Below are positions 28,451-45,550 of a DNA stretch of 64,000 nucleotides, in pieces. The notes under the pieces were generated by a model. That model was not told the DNA's origin and ran no database searches. It saw only the letters and a program-made list of their open reading frames with translations. The translations under genes were made by a program, and so were the position numbers. The stretch is from the NCBI RefSeq assembly GCF_009914755.1, contig NC_060926.1. The stretch is one strand, 5' to 3'. This stretch comes from the human T2T-CHM13v2.0 reference genome, Homo sapiens. The first letter of the stretch is position 1. Every line of letters starts with the position of its first letter.

Positions 28451-29894
28451 TCGATCCACATTCTTATGTCCCTTCTATATGGAGAACACTGGCTCCCAGC
28501 AGCCTCACGGTGTCTCACTTGTTCAATCTTATATTACATCTAAACTAGCTCTAGAATTGTTTTTTCCATAAAACTAAAATCAACCAACCGACTCAAGAGC
28601 ACAGAATATTTGTGTGCTGCCCCCCTGCGAACACACACACAGCCCACCTGCTCCAGATTCATGATATACAGTCACATACTGTGACCCAGTTATTTGGATT
28701 AGTTCTTTTCTTGTTTGTTTTTCTTCCCCTTCAGTATTTTTAGGGTAGTCATTAACTATAATTAAGTTCACTTGTTTCCATTTTCTTTGTTTCATGTTTG
28801 GCCTTTTTTCCATTCTTATTGATTTTATTTTAATTGTTGAGTGTGTAGCTTATCATCAGCCTTTAAAATGTCAAAACATTATAAAAATTACGCTCAGAAA
28901 AGTGTCATTCTCTCCTGTACCCTTCCAGCCCACACCCCTTCCTGCTGTCTTCTTGCAGGTAACAAACTCGATTTTTAAAAATTTATTCTCCCTCTGTTTC
29001 TTTTAGATGGAGTCTTTTACCTAAGCCTTTCTTTGTCCTGAGATGCAGAATGGAAGAAGAGTGCCAACACTCTTCAGGGTACCAGGCATCTCTCAACTCT
29101 CACAGCATCTCCAGGAGGGAAGCCACTGTCTCAGCCCAAGATAATGACATCTTCACCTGGACCAATGCTATTTATCCTGGAACGAGAAGCAGTGGATTTG
29201 GCACATCTTCAGCATTTGGGCTAGGAGGTCCAGAGATTGCAATGATGCAGAGCCTCAGTGTCTGGGATTGGAAACTCTGCAAGTCCAGCCACTCTGACAC
29301 CGTGGCCATGCCTTAGGAAAATAGTTTTATAGGAAGTAAAAAGAAATAGAAAAGCTAGGTCACAAACGTGTTGTACCTTCAGGAGCCAAGATCTGTGGTG
29401 GCACACCACCAGCTGAATAATCTAACAGTGTGGAAAAGGGTTTCCTCGTTCAGACCCAACTTCCAGCTCCAACTGCAGCCTTAGGCTCCCCAGCCCTATC
29501 TGTAGGGGAGAAAGATGGCACCTGGTTCCCTGGCCACCAGGCTTCCATCGTCATCCAGCAGGGACAAACAAGATCCCATGAACAACCAGACCACCTGGGT
29601 GGTAACAGAGACACTGTGTGGTCATCACAATAGGCAAGAGAACTGGATGGCCTGCCAACTACATTCCCTCCCTTGGAGGTGACAAGAACCAGAGGTGACT
29701 TCTTGAAATAAGTAAACTCATGTAGATGCCTTGAAGTTGCCCAGTGGGAGGATCATAAGGACAGAGAATGACATTCCCATAATAGAATGGGTGGGGGCGA
29801 TTATGAATCATTTGAGTATTGTGAAGAATGTGATCTCATTTTGTACCCAAGCCAGTGAGTATCATGCCAATTTTCTATATGAGAAAACAGGCTA

Positions 29895-30111
29895 GGCTGG
29901 GCATGGTGGCTCATGCCTGTAATCCCAGCACTTTGGTAGGCTGAGGTGGCTGAGGTGGGTGGATCACCTGAGGTCAGGGGTTTGAGACCAGCCTGGCCAA
30001 CATGGCAAAACCTGTCTCTACTAAAAATACAAAAATTAGCTGGGCAGAGTGGCAGGCGCCTGTAATCCTAGCTACTCGGGAGGCTGAGGCAGGAGAATCG
30101 CTTGAACCTGG
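29895..30111 (+). mobile_element. Alu (AluSx-like), 3'-truncated, no poly-A tail
   Basis: Alu from the 5' end through GAATCGCTTGAACCTGG, then non-Alu sequence. Confidence 0.93.
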
Positions 30112-30228
30112 CATGATAAGCAGAGGTAAAGAGTGATGAAGAGGAGCTAGGAGCACACTGAGGGGGCCCATGGGGTCAAAAGTGGTCCCTGGGTCCAAGC
30201 AAACTTGCAGAAAGGGAACAGGAGGTGG

Positions 30229-30400
30229 TTATTGAATACTGTTGGGATCTCCTGCTGGCTAGGAGCTTCAATGCTTCTCATTAAATTCTTACAGGAAATG
30301 TATGAGGTAGGTAGTACCCACGTACCTGCCTCATGAGCAGCAGATGGAACCTCACAGAGGTGAGCGTGTTGCCGCAGCTAGCTATAGAGGGAGGCAGGAT
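30229..30400 (-). mobile_element. MIR, degraded
   Basis: TTATTGAATAC...CTCATTAAATTCTTACA...TATGAGGTAGGTA...CTCACAGAGGTGAG. Confidence 0.6.
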
Positions 30401-31759
30401 GCCACACCAGCCATCCTGTTGGCTGCAGATCATCCGCCCCTGCTCCACTCCAGCCTGGGGGGAGAGGGTAGTGAGCGGTGGCAGCTGTGAAGATGCCACA
30501 CAGTGCTCCCCTCCTCTCTGGACTTTGAGATGTTACCACGTAGAAGGGGCCCCTGGTTCTTCCATTAAGGTTTGTCTTTTATTCTCTACCCAGTTTTGTG
30601 GGAAGTAAAATATGACATTTGGTTAATTAATTTTTCAGATCTACAAGGCCGATGTAGGAAAGGCTGTAAATTAAACAATTCTCATTTCCATAACATTGCG
30701 GTCCAAAGGGTATCGCGTTATGATGCATCCCTGAAGCAATGATGCACAGCTTCTATTAAACAAAGGCCTGCATGCAAAAGCCCCTTGCCCTGCCTTGTGA
30801 TGAAGTTAGGCATGCGAAACAGAAAAATAATTGGACGTGTTTATCTCCCGATTTTTTTATCTGAATCTACTCAACAGGGCTGTCAGGGACTGTTCCCCAA
30901 GACAGGTCTACTGTATGAACAAAAAGATACAATTTAAAAGGCCATTTACTATATAATCTCCACCTCATTCCGAGATGGGAAGTGGCTCACCACCGTACAT
31001 GCAGTAGGGCAGGATGGGAACAGAGGAAGAGAAAGGGAGGAGGAGAACACAGCAGAGGGCAGGAAATTATGGCTGGGGCCGCGGTGTACAAATGAAGGCA
31101 AAAGTGGGCCCAGTGCCCGAGCAGAGGAAGGTTTGGAAGTAGCTGGATGGCAGTTTAAAGGGCATGAGGACAAGGTAAGAGTCACAGGCACAGGGACGGA
31201 ACTGAGTGAGAACTGCAGAACTGAGGAGGGGCTTAGTTTCTGAGCTGTTTTATTGTTTGACCAGTGTGTGGTCACAGCAGGCTTGGGGTTTGAGTAATGG
31301 GAGAAGGAGACAATCAGACCCATGTGCACCCTGAGGGCAGAGAGCAAAGGTTAATTACAGGTCAGGGGCTCAGGCCAGGGGGCTTCAGGGTCAGGCAGGT
31401 TGCAAAGGTGAAAGCAAGGCTTGGAGTGGAAGAGGGCCTTAGCCATTCCTCATTAGGGTCAGCACCACAAGCAATGGCCAGGGCTGAAGAAGCCAGGGTA
31501 GCCCAGGAGCCTGCACAGGACTGGAAGGCTAAAAGTCAAGCCAGGAGAAAGAGGCAGAGGGGCAGGCCAGGCCAAAAGAATGCATTTGGAGCCCAAGCCA
31601 CAGAAACACAGGTGGCCACACTGCCTGATGCATCCTGCCAGGGCCTGCGGTGATGCAGGGCTGGAACAGAGGATGAGGAAGCAAGGAGCAAGACATTTCC
31701 CGATGCAGAAAACCAGCTGAGTGCCCTTCATTAATGGGGTGTATATAGTGAGTGGAAGC

Positions 31760-32400
<641 letters not shown>

Positions 32401-32589
32401 TAATGTATAGACTCACCCATGGTGGGAAAGCCAAACTCGACATTTTAGGAAAAAAACATTCACCAGAGTAGAAACAGAACTCTCAGTTATCCAAATCATT
32501 CTATTACCTAGAGTTCAATTCTGTAAACAGGCTGTTCCAGAAGTATTTCTCATCATTATTTATAAGTATTAAAACATATGTGGAGAGTA

Positions 32590-32800
32590 TTTCATTGTCA
32601 ATATCTTGGAGTAAATTCCAGGGTAAGTGCACTAAAAATCATGTCTTTTCTGCAGGACTTCTCAGAGCTTTTAATATATTAATATGCATTTTGAACTTCA
32701 AAGAGAGAGTGTGGCATTAAGCATTTCTCATTCCAAAGATGCAAGCATGTTTTTTTTTTCAGCTCAAGCATAAATGGGATTTCTAGGAAATTGTGGCTTA
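32590..32800 (-). mobile_element. MER103C-like hAT-Charlie fragment
   Basis: TGCAGGACTTCTCAGAGCTTTTAATATATTAATATGCATT...AAGAG. Confidence 0.5.
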
Positions 32801-32944
32801 AACATTCCAATTAATCTAAGCCTTAAAACATAGGTAGACAAATACCTCTGAAGGCCGGTGTCTCCCTTTATTGTAACTTGTGAAAGCTTTGTCCACGGTT
32901 TTCATATTACGTGGTAATGCTTTACATGTTGTTTCTCCCAAGAT

Positions 32945-33030
32945 CTGTGCTGTCCAGTATGGTGGTCACTAGCCACACACAGCTATTGTGCACTTGAAAT
33001 GTGGCTGTACCATTGTGATGTGCTGTGAGT
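32945..33030 (+). mobile_element. MER3 fragment
   Basis: CTGTGCTGTCCAGTATGGTGGTCACTAGCCAC...GCACTTGAAATGTGGCT...GATGTGCTGT. Confidence 0.75.
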
Positions 33031-33089
33031 TACTAGCAAGTTCCTAGGAATGCATATGTGCCTTGCTCTCTATTTCCATCACACAGCAC

Positions 33090-33205
33090 TGCCACAAGCC
33101 ATGAACTACTTGAGTGTGGAGATCTTAGTCATCCGTGTATTCTTGATGCTTAATAAATGTCCTTTCATATAGTAGGCATTCAATAAACATTTGCTGAATG
33201 AAAAA
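33090..33205 (+). mobile_element. L2 3' terminus
   Basis: CATATAGTAGGCATTCAATAAACATTTGCTGAATGAA. Confidence 0.65.
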
Positions 33206-34463
33206 AATTAGAATGTAAATAAGTGAAACCCTGTACCTAAACTACTTGTTACACATTAAATCTGATGCAAAGTGTTTGCCCTCATTTTCTGACTTTCATT
33301 TTGCAAAGCCTGTTTCTGCTTATTTATAAATGACCTCTTTACTGAAGTGAATATGTTATTTGCATGTATGCAATTAATCCACTAAATTGTTTTAACATAT
33401 CCAGAAAGCTAGCTTTCCAAGCCATAGCATTCCCTTTTTTTAAAAAAAAAATACAGGATTCTGGGTTCCGACACGATTTACTGCCTTTGGGAAGCCTGCA
33501 CAGTAGCATCTGACAGCTCATGTGGCTACCTGACCTCCTTCACCTCCTGTGTTTTCACTTCTGGCCTCATCTCCCTTGTTCCTCTTGCCCCCAAGACAAC
33601 CACTTTCTGAAAAACAATCGATAACTCCCTGATCTCCAAAGCCTGTTCTTGTACTCGCAGTTCTAGTGTTTCTGAAGCATTAACTTATTTCAAGCAACTT
33701 CCGAATTTTGTAATGCCCCACCTTCTGAGTGATGCTCTTACTTCATTCTGCTCTACCTCCTCCGTATACCCTCTGAAGGCTTTCTTCTCTCTATTGCCTC
33801 GTTGCCCTCACAGTGATTTTCTTGGTAGCTGGGCAAGTCTGGCAATCTTTAAAACAGAGATAACAGACTCTGCCAGATGACCTCCGGGCACTGTGAAAGT
33901 TAAACAGGATAATGAAAGTAAAGAGCTGTGTAAACTGCCAAGTGTGAATAGGTATGAAGGGTGATTCTTACTAAATTGGAATGGAATGAAGCAAGGCACT
34001 TCACTCCTTTTTTCCTGAATTTCTGAGTCTTCCTACTCGTTTAAAGAACATTTAAACCCATCTCAATGTGCCTAGAGATGAACCGTCAAGACTGCTTAGT
34101 ATTTTCACCCATCAAATGGATAATTCCATCCTTTCTACTTTCCTTCTTTTCTACTTGACATCTGATTTAGAGAAGAGTGTGGAAACTTACAGTAATGAGT
34201 GAAGCTTCTTCTTCTCTACTCCTCAAAATATCCTACTGCCCTTATTATTAGGCAACCAATATAATGTAACTAATAAGAACTAACACAGAGAAGTATATTT
34301 TACTTTTAATTAGTTATAATTATTACCTAGTACTTGAAATTTAATATATTCTTTCCCTCCCTCTTTGCATTGGTTACGTGGATTTTAGTACAATGTTTAA
34401 CTTGAGGCCACACAGAACAGTGATTTAATGCTGGAATGTTGACCCGGATCGACAAAGGTTTTA

Positions 34464-35500
34464 TTGTAGATTACAAAACTGCCCACAATTGGCCTTATTT
34501 TGTCCTATCCCATCAAGAGGTGGAGTCTGTTTCTCCACCCCTTGAATTGGGGTTGGCCACATGACTTGCTTTGGCCAAGGGAGCATCAGTCACCCTGATA
34601 TAAGCACAGGCTTGAAAAATAATTTCTCAGTGACATTTGTCCTCTTACTGTTTCAGGGATGCTTTGCCTCCCACCAAGTGAAGAAGCTTGAGGAAGCACA
34701 TGATAAATGTATTGCCCTGTCACCCTTATCATTTCAGCCAACTGCCTGACCCATGAGGCCACCCTAGACCACCCACTCACTGGCCCACCCACCAGCTGAC
34801 CACGGACCCATGAGAGAACCAGAAAAACTGCCCAGGAAACCAACAAAATATGTAAGCTAAACAAGTGGCTATTGTGATAGGCTGCTGAGTTGTGGGGTGG
34901 TTTGTAATGCAGCAAAAGGGAACTGATACAGGAGCAACTACCTAGACACAGAGTGCTACTGTTAAAAAAAACCCCCTCAAACACAGGGCGTTAACCATGC
35001 AACTGGGAGATGTATAGAGTCTGGAAACACATTGGAGAAACTGGTAGAGAGAACTGCACATTCTCAGTGGTGGCTGGTGATGGCCACCACTGATGGTGGT
35101 CATCAAACTGATGAGGAAACTGCTATGGCAACTAGAAAAAGAGCAACACATGTTGTGTCATAAAGCAGTTTGTAAAGCTGTTACCTGGAGTAAATTGAGG
35201 AATACCACACATACCTTAAAGCTTTCTGATCTGGCTAAGCAGATCTCTAGACAGAATGTTGTAGTGTCAGCTGGTTCCAGATATGTATGGTATAGTATTG
35301 CAAGAAAGAACTGTTTCATCTGCAAAAGTTACTGCACATATTGAGGGACACGCACTTGTTGAAGACTTCTGGATTTAATATCATGTCTAGCAAATAGCTT
35401 GTCACCAAATACCTTGTTATAAGAAAATTCAGAAAAATGTTAAGGTCATTGTAATAGGAAAAGGGCCACTGGATTGGACAAAAAAGTAACTGAAATTGCT
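34464..35500 (+). mobile_element. MLT1G/H-like LTR (to 34930) plus adjacent MLT1 internal sequence
   Basis: CATCAAGAGGTGGAGTCTGTTTCTCCACCCCTTGAA...GGGGTGGTTTGTAATGCAGCA...AACTGATACA, then internal-like GATCTGGCTAAGCAGATCTCTAGACAGAATGTTG. Confidence 0.75.
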
Positions 35501-36648
35501 CAAAATACCAAAAGGCTCCTGTCCCCTAACTTATCTATTGCCATCAGCAGTGTTCAAGGGTTTCCCTTTCTCTGGACCTTCTCCGACACTTGTTATCTTT
35601 CATCTTTTTGATAATAGCCATTCTAGCAGGTATAAAGTGATATCTCATTGTGGTTTTGATTTGCTTTTTCCTAGTAATTAGGGATGTTGAGCATTTTGTT
35701 CATATACCTGTTGGCAATCTGTGTGTCTTCTTTTGAGAAATTTCTGCTCAATCCCTTGCCTATTTTTAATGTGCGTTTTTTTTTGCTGTTAAATTGAAAT
35801 TATTAAGTATATTGAATATTAACTTACCAATGTATGGTTTGCAAATATTTTCTCCTATTTTATAGGTTGTCTCTTGACTTTGTTAATTGTTTCCTTTGCT
35901 GTATAGAAGCTTTTTAGTTTGATGCAACCCCATTTGTCTATTTTTGCTTTTGTTACCTGTGTTTTTAGGATCATATTAAAAAAAATTGTTACCCAGAGCA
36001 ATGTCAAGAAGCTTTTCCTCTATGTTTTCTTCTAGCCATTTTACAGTTTCAGGTCTTACATTTAAGTATTTAATTTATCTTAAGAAGATTTGTGTATATT
36101 CTCCTCCATGTGGATATCCAATTTTCCCTACACTGTTTATTAAGGAGACTATCCCTTCCCCATTGTATTCTTGGCAACTTTGTCAAAGATCAGTTGATCA
36201 TAAATGTGTGGATTTATATTAAATATCTGGGCTGGCTTTTCTCTTTTATTGGCCAGTGTCATTCTGCTAGGAATTCTATACCGCTGTAATGTATTTTGAA
36301 TTCAGGAAGTGTGATGCCTCCAGCTTTGTTCTTGTTCAAGTTTGCTTTGACTATTCGAAGTCTTTTGTGGTTCCATATGAATTTTCAGATTGTTTTCCTA
36401 TTTCTTGTGGAAAATGCCATTGAAATTTTTTATTATTATTGTTATTATATTTTAAGTTTTAGGGTACATGTGCACAATGTGCAGGTTAGTTACATAGGTA
36501 TACATGTGCCATGCTGGTGTGCTGCACCCATTAACTCATCATTTAGCATTAGGTATATCTCCTAATGCTATCCCTCCCCCCTCCCCCCACCCCACAACAG
36601 TCGCCAGAGTGTGATGTTCCCCTTCCTGTGTCCATGTGTTCTCATTGT

Positions 36649-40474
<3,826 letters not shown>

Positions 40475-40537
40475 TATGATGTTAGCTGGTTCTTTTGCTG
40501 GTTAGTTGATGCAGTTTCTTCCTAGCCTCGACGGTCT

Positions 40538-41553
40538 TTACAATTTGGCATGATTTTGCAGTGGCTGGTACCGGTTGTTCCTTTCCATGTTTAGCACTTC
40601 CTTCAGGAGCTCTTTTAGGGCAGGCCTGGTGGTGACAAAATCTCTCAGCATTTGCTTGTCTGTAAAGTATTTTATTTCTCCTTCACTTATGAAGCTTAGT
40701 TTGGCTGGATATGAAATTCCGGGTTGAAAATTCTTTTCTTTAAGAATGTTGAATATTGGCCCCCACTCTCTTCTGGCTTGTAGAGTTTCTGCTGAGAGAT
40801 CTGCTGTTAGTCTGATGGGCTTCCCTTTGTGGGTAACCCGACCTTTCTCTCTGGCTGCCCTTACCATTTTTTCCTTCATTTCAACTTTGGTGAGTCTGAC
40901 AATTATGTGTCTTGGAGTTGCTCTTCTTGAGGAGTATCTTTGTGGAATTCTCTGTATTTCCTGAATCTGAATGTTGGCCTGCCTTGCTAGATTGGGGAAG
41001 TTCTCCTGGATAATATCCTGCAGAGTGTTTTCCAACTTGGTTCCATTCTCCCCGTCACTTTCAGGTACACCAGTCAGACTTAGATTTGGTCTTTTCACAT
41101 AGTCCCATATTTCTTGGAGGCTTTGTTCATTTCTTTTTATTCTTTTTTCTCTAAACTTCCCTTCTCGCTTCATTTCATTGATTTCATCTTCCATCACTGA
41201 TACCCTTTCTTCCAGTTGATCGCATCGGCTCCTGAGGCTTCTGCATTCTTCACGTAGTTCTCGAGCCTTGGCTTTCAGCTCCTTCAGCTCCTTTAAGCAC
41301 TTCTCTGTATTGGTTATTCTAGTTATACATTCTTCTAAATTTTTTTCAAAGTTTTCAACTTCTTTGCCTTTGGTTTGAATTTCCTCCCATAGCTCAGAGT
41401 AGTTTGATCGTCTGAAGCCTTCTTCTCTCAACTCGTCAAAGTCATTCTCCGTCCAGCTTTATTCCATTGCTGGTGAGGAACTGCGTTCCTTTGGAGGAGG
41501 AGAGGTGCCCTGCTTTTTAGAGTTTCCAGTTTTTCTGCTCTGTTTTTCCCCAT
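40538..41553 (-). pseudogene. L1 ORF1p, disrupted at its 5' end
   Basis: 297-aa open stretch (REEGFRRSNYSEL...YPAKLSF...YQPLQNHAKL). The ATG at 41553 is followed by 5 A rather than the consensus 6 (frameshift), and there is a CAA>TAA change near 41460. Confidence 0.92.
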
Positions 41554-42099
41554 CTTTGTGGTTTTATCTACTTTTGGTCTTTGATGATGGTGATGTACAG
41601 ATGGGTTTTTGGTGTGGATGCCCTTTCTGTTTGTTAGTTTTCCTTCTAACAGACAGGACTCTCAGCTGCAGGTCTATTGGAGTTTGCTAGAGGTCCACTC
41701 CAGACCCTGTTTGCCTGGGTATCAGCAGCAGTTGCCGCAGAATTTTGATAGGGATTGCATTGATCACTTTGCCTAGTATATTTTAACAATATTAATTATT
41801 TTGGTCTATAAACACAGGATATCTTTCCATTTATTTGTGCCCTCTTCAATTTCTTTTATTTCTTTTATTAATGTTTTAAAGGTTTCAGTTTACAAATCTT
41901 TCACTGCCTTGGTTAAATTTATTTCTAAGTATTTATTCTTCTTTGATGCTATTATAAATGGGGTTTTGTTAATTTTTTGATAGTTCATTGTTAGTGTATA
42001 GAAACGCAAATGATTTTTGTATGTTGATTTTGTATCCCATGACTTTAGTGTATTTGTTTTGTTTATTAGTTCTAACAGATTTTTGGTGAAAACTTTAGA

Positions 42100-42163
42100 A
42101 TTATATATAGATGATATATATATCATATATATGTAGTTATATATATATCATATATATATATAT
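42100..42163. repeat. Imperfect (TA)n low-complexity tract
   Basis: TATATATAGATGATATATATATCATATATATGTAG... run. Confidence 0.85.
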
Positions 42164-43018
42164 GATAATGTCCTCTGTAAACAAGACACATGTAGGCTGA
42201 AAGTGAAGGGATATGGAAAGATATTCCATGGAAATGATAAACAAAACAGGTCAGGAGTGGCTATATTTACATCAGACAAAATATACTTTAAGTCAAAAAT
42301 TATCACAAGAGATAAAGGGGTCAATTCATCAAGAGGATATAACAACTGAAAATATATATGGACCCAACACTGGAGCACCTAAATTTGTAAAGCAATAATA
42401 CAATAATAGCAGAGGGACTTCAGTACCCTACTTACAAAAATGGGTTGCTCATCTGGACAGAAAATTAGTAAGGAAATAGTGGACTTGAATAAAACTATAG
42501 ACCAAATGAACCTAACAGACACCCAAAACATTCTATTCAACAGCAGCAGAATACACATCCTTCTCAAGCACATACAGAACATTCTCTGGGACACTAGGAT
42601 GTGTCAAAATACACAAATAAATGAATGCAATGCACCATATTAACAGAATGAAGAACAAAATCATGTGATCAAAAATGTCATGATCATCTCAATAGATACA
42701 GAAAAGGCTAACATCATACTTAATCATGAAAAACTGAAAGTTTATTCTCTAAGGTCAGGAACTAGGCAAGGATGCCCACTTTCATTACTTGTTTGAATGC
42801 CGGGGCAATTAAACAAGCATAAGAAATTGGATAGTAAGAAGTAAAAATGTCCCCTAATTTTCTATCAGCAGGAAGTAGGCTGAGAAAGTTAATGAGTTTT
42901 GACATGGGCTCTGCCTCCAACATCTTACTCTCCCCTGGAATTATCTCAATTTCCCTTCGTCATTGGTCTTTGGCAGCTTCCCACCACTCTCTCTGCAAAC
43001 CAACACCCTCCCTTCCCC

Positions 43019-43065
43019 ATCACTCATCATCACCATCATCATCACCTTCACCAACAGCCTCATCA
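43019..43065 (+). repeat. Imperfect (CAT/CAC)n trinucleotide repeat
   Basis: ATCACTCATCATCACCATCATCATCACCTTCACC. Confidence 0.7.
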
Positions 43066-43080
43066 AGCAGCAGCTTTCAG

Positions 43081-43350
43081 GGCCAGGCACAGTGGCTCAT
43101 GCCTGTAATCCCAGCACTTTGGGAGGCCAAGGTGGGTGGATCACGAGGTCAGGAGTTCAAGACCAGCCTGGCCAAGATGTTGAAACCCCGTCTCTCTAAA
43201 AATACAAAAAATTAACTGGGCATGGTGGCACATGCCTGTAATCCCAGCTACTCAGGAGGCTGAGGCAGAGAATTGCTTAAACCCAGGAGGCAGAAGTTGC
43301 AGTAAGCCAGGATCACACCACTGCACTCCAGGCTGGGCGACAGAGCGTGG
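43081..43350 (+). mobile_element. Alu (AluSg-like), lacking poly-A tail
   Basis: GGATCACGAGGTCAGGAGTTC; ends GGGCGACAGAGCG with no A tail. Confidence 0.93.
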
Positions 43351-45024
43351 ATTTTCCAACCCAAGAGAAGTCACAGAAAGTACACAAATGCATTCATGTG
43401 TAGATGACAATAAGTAAACCATCATCTAGGACAGAGACAAGAAGCTGTAGAAAAAGAGTTACTCAGTGTGTCCTGGGAAAACAGACACAGTGCACACCAA
43501 GCAATGCTAACAAAACAATGCAGTAGCTACAGATTCAACATGGGAAGCCCCAGAAGGAGCAGACACCTGTGGAGCACAGAGATCTTTGAGAGCTTCCTTA
43601 AGGGAAGAAATTAGCAGTGCCTTTAAGACAGATATTATTGAAAAAGACATCCACAGTCATTTGATAATTATTTAAGGAGTGTCTGCAGTGAGCCAGGTGC
43701 TACGCTACACAATGAGTAAAACAATAATCGTAAATATGAATAATGCTGCCTTGTCTTTGTGTTGCACTTTGCAATTCATCATCCAGTCAGGAATGACAAT
43801 CTGAACATCAGGACAGAAAAGAAAAGGGACAAGCAGGAACTAGAATTGCTTAAACACCTCAGTGTCCCTAGCACCACACTGGTATTTTGCAGTGGCAGTT
43901 CAAATGCCATTTGAATTTAAGGTTGAGGCTTGATTTAAGGTTAAATCAAAAGAGAAACTAGGTGACCGACCAAGTCACTCATAGAGCTTGTGCTGGTAGA
44001 GTTCGGAACTGAATAAGATCCTTCAAAGCCAAAGCTCTGTTGAGGAATCTGGAGGTAGTCAGGGTCTGGTTTAAACAGAGCCCTGGGAAGGGTTGGGATT
44101 GGGTAAGGAGGAAAGGAAGAGAAGGAGAGAGGGAGAGAGATCAGTCAACAGGAAGGAATCAGGGCCATTTTCTACAGGAGTATACTCATTCCTCCAAAGA
44201 GCATCTATCTCCCAGGGGAGCACTGTTGCCATGACTAGTTAGCACCTGGAGCATTTTTCCAGTTCAAAGGTATTCTTTCCTATAATAACCAATTAGCACC
44301 TGTCACAGTCATTTTCCTGACCAGTTGATGAGGATTGAGGTTCTGGCAGGCTGGAGATTTCACTAAAGCCCTTTGGTTAATAACGGTGATATTCAGAGCA
44401 GAACTAATAGCTCATGCTTGGAATGGATTCTCTCTTTTATGTGACCAGATTCTCCCAGGACCTGCATAGTTTGATTTTTCTGTGCCCAAGAACTTTAACA
44501 AGCTATTGTTAGCCAGTAATAACTTTTGGAGCCCCCCTGGCCAGAAAGCAGAACAGTTCATCACTGAACAATACAGCTGATTTATTTTATTATTAAGGGA
44601 GTTTGTAAGAGGACAATTCATGTTTCCTCTGCTCTTAGGTGATTCTCAGAGTCTGCCATCCTTCTCAATATTGCCACATTGACTCCCATTGCTGCAGAGC
44701 TTATGCTGTGCAGAGTCCCATCCAGGACCCAAATTGCAGAGACGGTAGCCAAAGTGTGGGCTATGCAGGGAATGCAGTGTCCTTGGCTTTCTACCCATAA
44801 ATGAGAACCTCATCATTATAGAGGGCTGTCCCCGCCCAGGTCACATTGGCGCCTCTCTCTTTATGCACATGTATCACAGCACCTGCAAGACTAGATCGCA
44901 TGGATTTGTTTCATTGTGAGTCTCTTCTACACAACTGTGCATCTGTTCATGCCAAAGGTTCTGTGTGATTTAACTTTTGGACCAAACCCAAACCTGGATC
45001 CCAACCCTCAGTAATAATGACTGG

Positions 45025-45550
45025 GGTTAGCACAGCTAATTTGCTTACCCAACATCTGTTGTCTGGTTTCCTGACAACAGCACCTCAATTTTCTTTGGGA
45101 GAATCATCCTTTATTGGGTGGAGTTAACTTTCTCCTGGGCAGCAGGGTAGAAACAGGACACTGATGTGGTCTCTCCAGTTCACAGTGATTGGTCAGGCCT
45201 GGGCACACCACCCAATTCATGCCAAGGAGAGAAAAGGCCATTTTTTCTGCAATTATTGGGAAAGAAATCTCTTTCCATGGAGATTCCTAATTTGGCAAGA
45301 TATAAGCCTGAACTACTGGTGAACATTTGTATCATACACACAGAGAATCTGACTAATGATTAAGAAAGATAGAGGAAAAAAATCTTGGAGACATAGTCAG
45401 AATTATAAGGACATTGTTTGAGCTTCTAGAACCATCTCTTCCTGAAGCCACTGCCCTTTGGCTCTTAGATACACTCATCATCCTTTGCAGCATCCTTCCA
45501 TTCTGAAAATAACTCAATGAGCTAAGTGCTCTGCAAGTAAGGAAAAATAG
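45025..45550 (+). mobile_element. MLT1K-like MaLR LTR
   Basis: CACAGTGATTGGTCAGG...CACCCAA...TATAAGCCTGAACTACTGG...GACATTGTTTGAGCTTCTAGA...CCTGAAGCC. Confidence 0.6.
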
